Position numbers and translations under genes: made by a program | In this document: positions 1 through 10,833 of the stretch, in pieces | Layout of the letters: the number at the start of each line of letters is the position of its first letter | Position numbering within the stretch: the first letter of the stretch is position 1 | Source: Zootoca vivipara | Lineage: Eukaryota | DNA: 64,000 nucleotides | Direction: 5' to 3' | NCBI RefSeq assembly: GCF_963506605.1 | Contig: NC_083287.1 | Span: 36,022,001 to 36,086,000, forward strand | The notes under the pieces: model-generated | Told to the model about the DNA's origin: nothing | Databases searched by the model: none | Seen by the model: only the letters and a program-made list of their open reading frames with translations

Positions 1-744
1 GTCCTGATTAGATCTTTAATTACTGTAAGCTCTCTCTCTCCGCCAGCACAAATAACAATGTCAAGCCTGTGGGCTTCTTGAGAAAAAATACAGCTTATGC
101 TATGGGCTTCCATGATTTGTAAGACTGCTAACATGCTTTTAAAGTACTAGTCTGTGTTGGCAGGTTGATGAGAGAAACTGAATAACATACATAATAGATG
201 GTTCAATGTGGTTGAGAACAGATAATGTCCAAGTTGAGATGATTATATCTCACTATAATAAACTGAGATATGAATAAGCTTTTTGCCCATGCATGCAGCC
301 TCTTCACTCCTTCCTTTGCAGCATGAGCAATCAAACCAGGAAGCCCCTAATCAATCATAGTTCTCTGTTTAATTTGGACCAGGAGCTTCTAGAGCAAGCC
401 ACAATATCCAACCAACTTTAAACCATGGCTTAATCTTCTGGCTTGTTCTGAAGCTGATAACCTGGTTGGAATGAAATGGGAAACTACAATCAGTTAGAGC
501 AGGGTGGTTCTTCCCAAAGCCGGGTAAACAAAACGCTGGGCTTTGGGAAGGAGGTGTGCAGGGCTCTCACAGGGTCCTAGAATTCCTTCCCAAAGCCTAG
601 TTAGCGCTTTGGGGAGGAGGTGGGTGTGCTCTAGCACCCTGTCAGAGCCTCATGCCTCCTTACCAAAGCCTGGCACCTCGTCTTTTATAAATAAATAAAT
701 GATCATTTTTCATAGTGTTTTCCTTTTTATCACAGAGCATTTAT

Positions 745-749
745 TGTGT

Positions 750-789
<40 letters not shown>

Positions 790-827
790 ATACACACACA
801 CACATACAAACAAACAAACAAACAAAC
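745..827. repeat. Compound microsatellite (GT)n-(CA)n-(CAAA)n
   Basis: Read directly from the sequence. Confidence 0.95.
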
Positions 828-867
828 GGTATGCAGCTAATTCAATGTATATAGGTAATTCAGTGCA

Positions 868-1058
868 TTGCTGCTGGCATCCATCTGTCTCAGGAGACAA
901 TGGAGGAGTGCACCGTCGGGTGTGAAGTCAAATTCTTGGAAGGTTGCAGTGCCTGCTGTGGTTGCAAAGACTGATACAGGAGATACATGTTTTGTTGCGG
1001 TTGGGGCAGATGAAGGCATCCTGTTGCACTGCTGCAGATGGAAACTCCGTGGTGCATA
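868..1058 (-). mobile_element. Degenerate 3' fragment of an RTE-clade LINE (not Bov-B)
   Basis: Minus strand 1020-943 reads DAFICPNRNKTCISCISLCNHSRHCN, resembling the C-terminal FxCxxC...SRIGLxSHxRxC motif of RTE elements. It is followed by a ccattgtctcctgagacagatggatgcc 3' end. Confidence 0.6.
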
Positions 1059-1066
1059 CATGGCAT

Positions 1067-1192
1067 CAGGGCTGGCTCTAGGGGTAGGCTGGGTGGCGCG
1101 GGGCACCAGGGCGTGGGGCTGGCAGGGGATGTCGCGCTGGAGCGATCTCCGCACCATGGCGCCCGGGCGCCCGACATGCTTCAGACGGCCTG
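1067..1192. mobile_element. GC-rich hAT-type MITE
   Basis: Imperfect TIRs CAGGGCTGGCTCT / TCAGACGGCCTG; 8-bp TSD catggcat (1059-1066) / tatggcat (1193-1200). Confidence 0.7.
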
Positions 1193-1939
1193 TATGGCAT
1201 ACAAATCCTTTATCTGTGCAAATTATCATGTGGTGCTTCATTAAGGAAGAAAAGCAGAGCACAGGTTCCCATTTTTGGGCAACGGTTCCACCCAATTTCA
1301 ATAACTTTAAATTATTCTTTTTAAAGACAATTTTCTATTAATGGCATGCATTAAATCTCTCAAACACATTCAAGACCAAGTAGGACTGGTCTCATGTAGC
1401 TTTAAATTTGCAGTTCTCTTACAAGTGAAATAATTAAACCAAAATAATGTGCAATGGTCTAGTCAATTTCAGCACCACATGGGACCAAGAGAAACAGTTG
1501 TAAATGAGGGGGAAAGGCATTTTCATTACAGCGAGTTTCATCCCTTCCTCCATCAGGCTTTCAAAGTTATCAAGCTACTATTGCTTGTTCAGGACTAGCG
1601 CTTCATTAGCGGTATATATGCACTAGTTGCAATGCAGAATTTGCTTTGTTTGCTCAATTTAATTGATCGTCTGTGCACCACATTAATTCCAAACATAGTT
1701 TACAACACTGTATAGGGCAATGGAAACATACTTTTGTCTTCCCAGATGAGACCTTATGTTCTAGCGCTGAAAACAAGCCTTGTGCTAATAGTGGGAGATG
1801 GGTGAAAAGGGAGCAGAGGGGTCTTCAGCATCAATCAGCATTTGAGCAATAAACGCCAGAGTGATCTCTTTGAGTAGTGCCAGTGGAAGAAGAGTATGGT
1901 AATTAATCCCTCCATGACTCAGCATGTAATGTCTCTTTA

Positions 1940-2293
1940 AAGGTAAAGGTAAAGGGACCCCTGACCATTAGGTCCAGTCGTGACCGACTCTGGGGTTGCG
2001 CGCTCATCTCGCATTATTGGCCGAGGGAGCCGGCGTATAGCTTCCAGGTCATGTGGCCAGCATGACAAAGCCGCTTCTGGCAGACCAGAGCAGCACATGG
2101 AAACGCCGTTTACCTTCCCGCTGTAGCGGTTCCTATTTATCTACTTGCATTTTGACGTGCTTTCGAACTGCTAGGTGGGCAGGAGCTGGGACCAAGCAAT
2201 GGGAGCTCACCCCGTCACAGGGATTCGAACCGCCGACCTTCTGATCGGCAAGCCCTAGGCTCAGTGGTTTAACCACAGCGCCACCTGGGTCCC
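1940..2293 (-). mobile_element. Sauria SINE, full length
   Basis: tRNA-like head (gggacccaggtggcgctgtgg...ggttcgaatccc on the minus strand), (ACCTTT)n tail, 12-bp TSD aatgtctcttta. Confidence 0.93.
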
Positions 2294-2602
2294 AATGTCT
2301 CTTTAGCTGGTTTCAAATCTAAGGGCCAAACTAGATGAGATATCCAGGGATCCATGTTTAGCTCTCATGCATTTTATTTAAAGTTAAAAAGCAGCCATAC
2401 AGGACGGTGGTGGAGGGGATGGATAAAAGTCTGATAGGAACAGTGGTGCTGGAAAGGATGAGAGGGTTCATAGTCCAAGAGTCAGCCTGTGAAGTTTATT
2501 GAGAATTTGTAAAACTTACTATGATTGGGTACAAATATAATAATAAACAACAAGGAGAACTTAAGAACCTAAGAAGAACCCTGCTGGATCAGACCAAAGG
2601 CC

Positions 2603-2728
2603 CATTCTGCTCTTACAGTGGTCAACTAGATGTCTATGGGAAACGCAAGCAGAAACTGAATGCAGTGTTCTGTTGTTTCATACATGAGCCTTGAGTTTGT
2701 GTGCTGTCCCCTCCCCACTCCTGGTGTG
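2603..2728 (+). repeat. Presumed source copy of a perfect 126-bp inverted duplication (partner 10708-10833)
   Basis: Exact reverse complement, checked base by base. The left part continues a CR1-like 3' UTR fragment starting near 2563. Confidence 0.95.
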
Positions 2729-3055
2729 GCCGTGAGGAAGAGATCTGAAATTTCAGCTTCCAATTTAATCTAACCTCAGTTAGCATTGTTTTTACCTCTA
2801 ATCATTATTATGATTTGTTGAAACAAGGAAGCTTCATAAACTATTGTTTGAAGTTGGCCTGCTTCAGTAAACTATAGATAAGATCAGAAACGGGGAGGGG
2901 GGGTTTCAATTCAGCTTGCACTTTGTGAAATTATATCTGAAGCAAAAATCGGTTGTCCTGTTAAATTTGCACTTTTTCCAATTCTCCACTTGCAGTTCTC
3001 TAGCCAAGTGATGTGTATTAAAAATATGTATATTAAAGTGTTTGTAAAAATGCAT

Positions 3056-6000
3056 TGTTGTTGTTGTTGTTTAGTCGTTTAGTCGTGTCCGACTCTTCGT
3101 GACCCCATGGACCATGGCACGCCAGGCACTCCTGTCTTCCACTGCCTCCCGCAGTTTGGTCAAACTCGTGTTCGTAGCTTCGAGAACACTGTCCAACCAT
3201 CTTGTCCTCTGTCGTCCCCTTCTCCTAGTGCCCTCAATCTTTCCCAACATCAGGGTCTTTTCCAAGGATTCTTCTCTTCTCGTGAGGTGGCCAAAGTATT
3301 GGAGCCTCAGCTTCACGATCTGTCCTTCCAGGGAGCACTCAGGGCTGATTTCCTTAAGAATGGATAGGTTTGATCTTCTTGCAGTCCATGGGACTCTCAA
3401 GAGTCTCCTCCAGCACCATAATTCAAAAGCATCAATTCTTCGGCGATCAGCCTTCTTTATGGTCCAGCTCTCACTTCCATACATCACTACTGGGAAAACC
3501 ATAGCTTTAAGTATACGGACCTTTGTCTGCAAGGTGATGTCTCTGCTTTTTAAGATGCTGTCTAGGTTTGTCATTGCTTTTCTCCCAAGAAGCAGACGTC
3601 TTTTAATTTCGTGACTGCTGTCACCACCTGCAGTGATCAAGGAGCCCAAGAAAGTAAAATCTCTCACTGCCTCCATTTCTTCCCCTTCTATTTGCCAGGA
3701 GGTGATGGGACCAGTGGCCATGATCTTGGTTTTTTTGATGTTGAGCTTCAGACCATATTTTGCGCTCTGCTCTTTCACCCTCATTAAAAGGTTCTTTAAT
3801 TCCTCCTCGCTTTCTGCCATCAAGGTTGTGTCATCTGCATATCTGAGGTTGTTGATATTTCTTCCGGCAATCTTAATTCCGGCTTGGGATTCATCTAGTC
3901 CAGCCTTTCGCATGATGAATTCTGCATATAAGTTAAATAAGCAGGGAGACAATATACAACCTTGTCGTACTCCTTTCCCAATTTTGAACCAATCAGTTGT
4001 TCCATATCCAGTTCTAACTGTAGCTTCTTGTCCCACATAGAAATTTCTCAGGAGACAGATGAGGTGATCAGGCACTCCCATTTCTTTAAGAACTTGCCAT
4101 AGTTTGCTGTGGTCGACACAGTCAAAGGCTTTTGCATAGTCAATGAAGCAGAAGTAGACGTTTTTCTGGAACTCTCTAGCTTTCTCCATAATCCAGCGCA
4201 TGTTTGCAATTTGGTCTCTGGTTCCTCTGCCTCTTCGAAATCCAGCTTGCACTTCTGGGAGTTCTCGGTCCACATACTGCCTAAGCCTGCCTTGTAGAAT
4301 TTTAAGCATGACCTTGCTAGCGTGTGAAATGAGCGCAATTGTGCGGTAGTTGGAGCATTCTTTGGCACTGCCCTTCTTTGGAATTGGGATGTAGACTGAT
4401 CTTCTCCAATCCTCTGGCTATTGCTGAGTTTTCCAAACTTGCTGGCATATTGGGTGTAGCACCTTAACAGCATCATCTTTTAAAATTTTAAATAGTTCAG
4501 CTGGGATATCATCACTTCCACTGGCCTTGTTATTAGCAATGCTTTCTAAGGCCCATTTGACTTCACTCTCCAAGATGTCTGGCTCAAGGTCAGCAGCCAC
4601 ACTACCTGAGGTGTACAAGACCTCCATATCTTTCTGGTATAATTCCTGTGTGTATTCTTGCCACCTCTTCTTGATGTCTTCTGCTTCTGTTAGGTCCTTA
4701 CCACTTTTGTCCTTGATTATGGTAATCTTTGTACGAAATGTTCCTTTCATATCTCCAATTTTCTTGAACAGATCTCTGGTTTTCCCCATTCTATTGTTTT
4801 CCTCTATTTCTTTGCATTGCTCATTTAAGAAGACCCTCTTGTCTCTCCTTGCTGTTTTTTGGAAATCTGCATTCAGTTTCCTGTATCTTTCCCTATCTCC
4901 CTTGCATTTTGCTTGCCTCCTCTCCTCCGCTATTTGTAAGGCCTCATTGGACAGCCATTTTGCTTTCTTGCATTTCCTTTTCCTTGGGATGGTTTTCGTT
5001 GCTGCCTCCTGTATAATGTTACGAGCCTCCATCCATAGTTCTTCAGGCACTCTGCCCACCAAATCTAAATCCTTAAACCTGTTCCTCACTTCCACTGTGT
5101 ATTCATAAGGGATTTGATTCAGATTGTATCTTACTGGCCCAGTGGTTTTTCCTACTTTCTTCAGTTTAAGCTGGAATTTTGCTATAAGAAGCTGATGATC
5201 TGAGTTACAGTCAGCTCCAGGTCTTGTTTTTGCTGACTGTATAGAGCTTCTCCATCTTTGGCTGCAGAGAATATAATCAATCTGATTTCGATGCTGCCCA
5301 TTTGGTGATATCCATGTGTAGAGTCGTCTCTTGTGTTGTTGGAAGAGAGTGTTTGTGATGACCAGCTTGTTCTCTTGACAGAACTCTATTAGCCTTTGCC
5401 CTGCTTCATTTTGAACTCCAAGGCCAAACTTACCAGTTGTTCCTTTTATCTCTTGATTCCCTACTTTAGCATTCCAATCCCCTGTAATGAGAAGAACATC
5501 CTTCTTTGGTGTCATTTCTAGAAGGTGTTGTAGGTCTTCATAGAATTGGTCAATTTCACTTTCTTCAGCACCGGTAGTTGGTGCATAAACTTGGATTACT
5601 GTGATGTTAAAAGGTCTGCCTTGGATTCGTATCGAGATCATTCTGTCATTTTTGAGATTGCATCCCATTACAGCTTTTGCCACTCTTTTGTTGACTATGA
5701 GGGCCACTCCATTTCTTCTACGGGATTCTTGCCCACAGTAGTAGATATGATAGTCATCCGAACTGAATTCGCCCATTCCCTTCCATTTTAGTTCACTGAT
5801 GCCCAGGATGTCAATATTTATTCTTGTCATCTCATTTTTGACCACATCCAGCTTACCTCCATCCATGGTTCTTACATTCCAGGTTCCTATGCAATATTTT
5901 CCTTTACAGCATCGGACTTTCCTTTCGCTTCCAGGCATATCCGCAACTGAGCGTCCTTTCGACTTTGGCCCAGCCGCTTCATCAGCTCTGAATCTACTTG

Positions 6001-6285
6001 TACTTGTCCTCCGCTCTTCCTCAGTAGCATGTTGGACGCCTTCCGACCTGAGGGGCTCATCTTCCAGCGTCATAACTTTTATATGCCTGTTGTCTTTGTC
6101 CATGGAGTTTTCTTGGCAGGGATACTGGAGTGGCTTGCCAGTTCCTTCTCCAGGTGGATCACGTTTAGTCAAAACTCTCCACTATGACCTGTCCATCTTG
6201 GGTGGCCCTGCATGGCATAGCTCATAGCTTCTCTGAGTTATTCAAGCCCCTTCGCCACGACAAGGCATTGATCCATGAAGGGGCG
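3056..6285 (-). mobile_element. Full-length Bov-B (RTE clade) LINE, about 3.2 kb
   Basis: APE endonuclease motifs (GTWNVRT, GISE, GDWNA, IDYI, SDH), RT YADD motif, C-terminus HGVTKSRTRLND, (CAA)n tail, 7-bp TSD aatgcat (3049-3055 / 6286-6292). Confidence 0.96.
3071..6103 (-). pseudogene. Bov-B endonuclease/reverse transcriptase ORF interrupted by one TGG>TAG stop at 4418-4420
   Basis: ORFs 4418..6172 and 3071..4309 are in the same frame. The copy at the end of the window reads KTQQWPEDW at this site. Confidence 0.92.
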
Positions 6286-6801
6286 AATGCATAGAATGGT
6301 GAAAATGCATAAAAATGCATAGAATGGTGAAAATGATATGCATAAAAACATTATACTGGGGGAAATTGGTTTGCGTGTGTGTGCATTAGGCAAAATTCTA
6401 TACAAAAATGCATGTACTTGGAGAAATTCACACAGAAATGCTGATGAATTTTCACAGGTTCTTAAAACAAAATACAACCTGCTGTGGCAGTTTCGCCAAT
6501 ACCCAGATAAGAGTAACCAGTTTGTCCACATTCAGACATAATACTTAACTGTTGTTCATTAAAAATGGAAGCAAAAACTTCTGATATTCCATGCCAGAGG
6601 AGAGGGGAGGATGAAGTGCACAAGCCAGAAACACACATAGGCTTGTATGCATAGGACATAATTTATTATTAGGTCTGAATAAGACCATACCAACAAGGCT
6701 TGAAGAAGAATGTCCCCAAGAAGTGCATTAAAGGCATGCTCATGTCATTTATGTTTTCAGGCAATGAATGTTCCTAACAACCTCCCTATTTTATATTTCA
6801 G

Positions 6802-6911
6802 GAACCTTTATTTATGTGACTGGCTCACCGGAGGCAAACACTAAGCCTATCATTTCTCGCCTCAGCAGCCCAGTCTTTACAAAACTCTCCAGCAATGCTC
6901 TATATTGCCAG
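6802..6911 (+). CDS. MALRD1: MALRD1 exon, MAM domain (GTFIYVTGSPEANTKPIISRLSSPVFTKLSSNALYCQ), phase 1-0
   Basis: tttcag|GA acceptor, CAG|gtaact donor, 110 bp open frame. Confidence 0.85.
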
Positions 6912-7031
6912 GTAACTTTGTGATATTTCCTTGCCATCCTTTGCATAAGCAGTTTTTGTCTTCCTGTTTAGCCAACCGAATTAGACCATATGTTGCTTTT
7001 AGCCCAGGGTTGGGAAACATATAGGCCTCCA

Positions 7032-7254
7032 TAGTTCTAGTTACAGGTAGGTAGCCGTGTTGGTCTGAGTCGAAACAAAATAAAAAAAATCCTTCAGTAG
7101 CACCTTAAAGACCAACAAAGTTTTTATTTTGGTATGAGCTTTCGTGTGCATGCACACTTGGTATCTGACGAAGTGTGCATGCACACGAAAGCTCATACCA
7201 AAATAAAAACTTTGTTGGTCTTTAAGGTGCTACTGAAGGATTTTTTTTATTATG
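7032..7254. mobile_element. Penelope-like element terminal fragment arranged as an inverted repeat, inserted in an older hAT-MITE-like repeat
   Basis: Arms 7079-7159 and 7171-7251 are perfect reverse complements; flanking duplication taggcctcca (7022-7031 / 7255-7264). The family is assigned from recognising the gtagccgtgttggtctg...gtagcacctt..agaccaac motif. Confidence 0.75.
7158..7201 (+). ncRNA. Minimal type I hammerhead ribozyme motif (Penelope-type)
   Basis: Helix I ttggtat/ataccaa; core CTGACGA (7165-7171); helix II gtgtg-catg-cacac; GAAA (7187-7190); palindromic AGCT in place of helix III; predicted cleavage after C7194. Confidence 0.7.
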
Positions 7255-7902
7255 TAGGCCTCCAGATGATGTTAGATTACAAGTCCCTTTATCCCCAGCC
7301 TGCATGGTCAACGGTCAGGGATAGGAATTTATACACCAACAACACCTGGAGGGCCAAGCCCAGCCCTAGCCCAATCCACCCCAACAGCAGCCTACAAGAT
7401 GCCTTTGGGGAGGGTCAACACCAAACCTCAAGGGGTCTTTGGCATGGTATAACAAATGCCCTCACTCCATTGCCAATGTCCCTGTCCTTGCTGACACTGG
7501 CACCCACCCCACCACTGGAGAGCCCCTTGTGTCCCCCATCTTTCTCTTTGCAGCAGCAGCAGCATTGCTACTGCCCTTTTCCCTGTATTTCCCCCTCTGC
7601 CAGCTCTTGACTCTGAGAAAAGGCCAAATAAAGGTTCTTCTTCAGAACCAGGCATTCTGAGTGAGATGGACAGGAGAATGCCTGTGCTGTAACCTCAAGG
7701 TTTCTAAGTATTTGACAATAACAGATTAAAAGCCCAGTCAGGTTTTTTTTTTGGGGGGGGGAGAGACTGGAGGATGCTTGCAGGTCAGTTACATTAGATT
7801 TGTGATTAAAGAGTACATAGAAAGATACTTTGCATTCATAGTTGATTGTTATGTGATCTATTGAAGGGATTCATAATTTCATTTTAAAAATCCTTCCAAC
7901 AG

Positions 7903-8082
7903 ATGAGATTTTGGTATCAGTTGTCCCAGGATGCCCAGCTGAGTGTCTTTCTTCGAACTCCTGTTGATGGGGATTTGCAAAGCTTACATAACTCAAAGCC
8001 TTTCAAGAGCACAATGCAGTGGGCAAAAGCAAATGTCCTTTTAAAAAATATCACTGGCGATGAAATTATAGGACCTTTTCAG
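7903..8082 (+). CDS. MALRD1: MALRD1 exon, MAM domain (MRFWYQLSQ...IIGPFQ), phase 0-0
   Basis: caacag|ATG acceptor, CAG|gtaagc donor, 180 bp; matches ORF 7903..8187 up to the donor. Confidence 0.9.
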
Positions 8083-9710
8083 GTAAGCCCCTTACCTGCA
8101 CCAAGGTGCAAGTGTACTCAAGTAGTTATTTGCTGTTGGTATTCCTCATTGCAAAATAACTTTAAAACTTTAACAATAACAATGTAGTTGGCTGGATCCG
8201 GATTAAGTCAGTTGTCCTAGTGGAAATAATTTGAAATTACTGTAAATCATAACTAATCTGTTCCATTGATCTAAGTAGGACTTAAATTCAACTAGCTTGA
8301 TATGGATCCAACCCAATAATTTACTTCAGCTGAAATTAAAAATAAAGGAGAATGCTGCTAAATAGTATGGCACGTGTTAATAGGTATCTAAGATTGGTTT
8401 AGAAACAATTGCAGAATATTCAGAATTTTGCATTTCTAGAGATCATATTTATTCTAGTAGATAGTGTTATGGTAAGTAGCATTTAGAGAAGGACTTGCCA
8501 ATTTCTCAGGAGCCATTATGATTTCTATACACTCATTCAGAGGCCAAACCCTTTTACAGCTAGTCAGACTCAGTAGGACAGTAGGAGGAAGAGCTTTCCA
8601 ATGGTGTTGATATTCAGTTATATAAAAATTTTTAAATGATGTGACATTAAAATGTGGAATATCTTTTCTTACAAGGTTTGAAAAATATTTTATTTTTGGT
8701 ATGAGTAAGACTTTCCACATACTTTGACTGAAATTTGGTAGGGCTGCCAGAGGCTAGATCAGGTTCATAGCAGGAGTAGGATCATCCTGATGTTGCTGGA
8801 CTACACCTCCAATCATCCCTGACCCTTCTGGATGTGGCTAATGGGAACTGGAGTCCAACAGGAGGACCATGGGTTCCCCATTCTAGTCTATGCAAAACTG
8901 ATCCTTTCAGCCACATTAATCATGCACAGCCTTTTTAGTAACTTCTTTTATGTTGTTCCACTTGCAGTGTTGTCACCATTTTTTGGTCCTGCAATATCCC
9001 AGTACCTGGCAAATATGATGTTATGTCTAAACTAACAACATAAGTAGGAATAGGCAAGCTCCCAACATCTCAATTCAGACTCGGCTGAATTGGACTTGTT
9101 CGACTTAAAAAATAAATAAATCAAATCTTGGGAAGGCCTGGTGAATTCTAGATGCTTTCTTCCCTGGTTGGACTCCGCTGCTGTGTACCTTCCCTACCTT
9201 CAGTTTTCCTCTGTCGCCTTGCAACTTCCTCCCTTTCCCTATCAGTGTGCAAAGGTGGGCATAAATGGCAGCTCTGTTGCCTAGGTTACCAGAGCCTTAC
9301 CAATAGGACGTTTTTGAAGCCAAGATTGATTGAATTGTACTTGGCTAGGGCTTCTTACTCAAAGGCTTTTCCCACTCAGCCACTCCTTAGCTGCATTCCT
9401 TTGTGCAGGTTAGTTTTTTTCCTAGTCTGAGGAGCAGAGAGTTGAGCAGCGTAGGAGAGCAGGTGACAATGCAGGCCTTTAGCCTTCCCACTCCTATCTA
9501 GGGGGTGTTACACCCTGTTGTCAGTGCCCTAAGTTGCCATACATGTGTGTTAATAACTTGGCAGCTTTCCCACCAGTGACAATTATGGTATTGTCATTGA
9601 CGGGCAATGTTTCTCTAGCCAAATTCTTTAAATGACATATGAATTCCTCAGAACACATCACTGCCGTTCCTCCCTTCCACTCCAACTCTCTGTGATTCTA
9701 ATGTGGAGCC

Positions 9711-10617
9711 TTGTTGTTGTTGTTGTTGTTTAGTCGTTTAGTCGTGTCCGACTCTTCGTGACCCCATGGACCAGAGCACGCCAGGCACTCCTGTCTTCCA
9801 CTGCCTCCCGTAGTTTGGTCAAACTCATGTTCGTAGCTTCGAGAACACTGTCCAACCATCTTGTCCTCTGTCGTCCCCTTCTCCTAGTGCCCTCAATCTT
9901 TCCCAACATCAGGGTCTTTTCCAAGGATTCTTCTCTTCTCATGAGGTGGCCAAAGTATTGGAGCCTCAGCTTCACGATCTGTCCTTCCAGGGAGCACTCA
10001 GGGCTGATTTCCTTAAGAATGGATAGGTTTGATCTTCTAGCAGTCCATGGGACTCTCAAGAGTCTCCTCCAGCACCATAATTCAAAAGCATCAATTCTTC
10101 GGCGATCAGCCTTCTTTATGGTCCAGCTCTCACTTCCATACATCACTACTGGGAAAACCATAGCTTTAACTATACGGACCTTTGTCGGCAAGGTGATGTC
10201 TCTGCTTTTTAAGATGCTGTCTAGGTTTGTCATTGCTTTTCTCCCAAGAAGCAGGCGTCTTTTAATTTCGTGACTGCTGTCACCATCTGCAGTGATCAAG
10301 GAGCCCAAGAAAGTAAAATCTCTCACTGCCTCCATTTCTTCCCCTTCTATTTGCCAGGAGGTGATGGGACCAGTGGCCATGATCTTGGTTTTTTTGATGT
10401 TGAGCTTCAGACCATATTTTGCGCTCTCCTCTTTCACCCTCATTAAAAGGTTCTTTAATTCCTCCTCACTTTCTGCCATCAAGGTTGTGTCATCTGCATA
10501 TCTGAGGTTGTTGATATTTCTTCCGGCAATCTTAATTCCGGCTTGGGATTCATCTAGTCCAGCCTTTCGCATGATGAATTCTGCATATAAGTTAAATAAG
10601 CAGGGGGACAATATACA
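9711..10617 (-). mobile_element. 5'-truncated young Bov-B copy with no visible TSD
   Basis: Nearly identical to the 3' 900 bp of 3056-6285; open RT C-terminal frame; (CAA)n tail. Confidence 0.95.
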
Positions 10618-10707
10618 TAATTTAGAACCCTTCAAAACTCTTCAGACGTTCATGTCCAGATATTGGTGCTTTTCTTTTTTTTAAACAACAACAGCAGCAT
10701 CCATCAA

Positions 10708-10833
10708 CACACCAGGAGTGGGGAGGGGACAGCACACAAACTCAAGGCTCATGTATGAAACAACAGAACACTGCATTCAGTTTCTGCTTGCGTTTCCCAT
10801 AGACATCTAGTTGACCACTGTAAGAGCAGAATG
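10708..10833 (-). repeat. Inverted 126-bp copy of 2603-2728
   Basis: Exact reverse complement. Confidence 0.95.

Noticed and set aside
837-1341. Overlapping 154- and 157-aa ORFs
   Set aside because: They span an RTE remnant plus an inserted GC-rich MITE and are chance open frames.
2053-2244. Recurrent 63-aa ORF MASMTKPLLA... (also 32238 and 41341)
   Set aside because: It lies wholly within Sauria SINE copies and starts at a non-ATG codon; there is no evidence of coding function.
4418-4420. TGG>TAG as APOBEC-type editing or programmed readthrough
   Set aside because: It is a single event, other differences in this copy are not G>A biased, and sibling sequence has TGG.
3099-6227. Several 130-190 aa + strand ORFs over Bov-B, repeated at 9758-10684 and 62731-63543
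   Set aside because: They are antisense shadows of the Bov-B coding frame and recur only because the element recurs.
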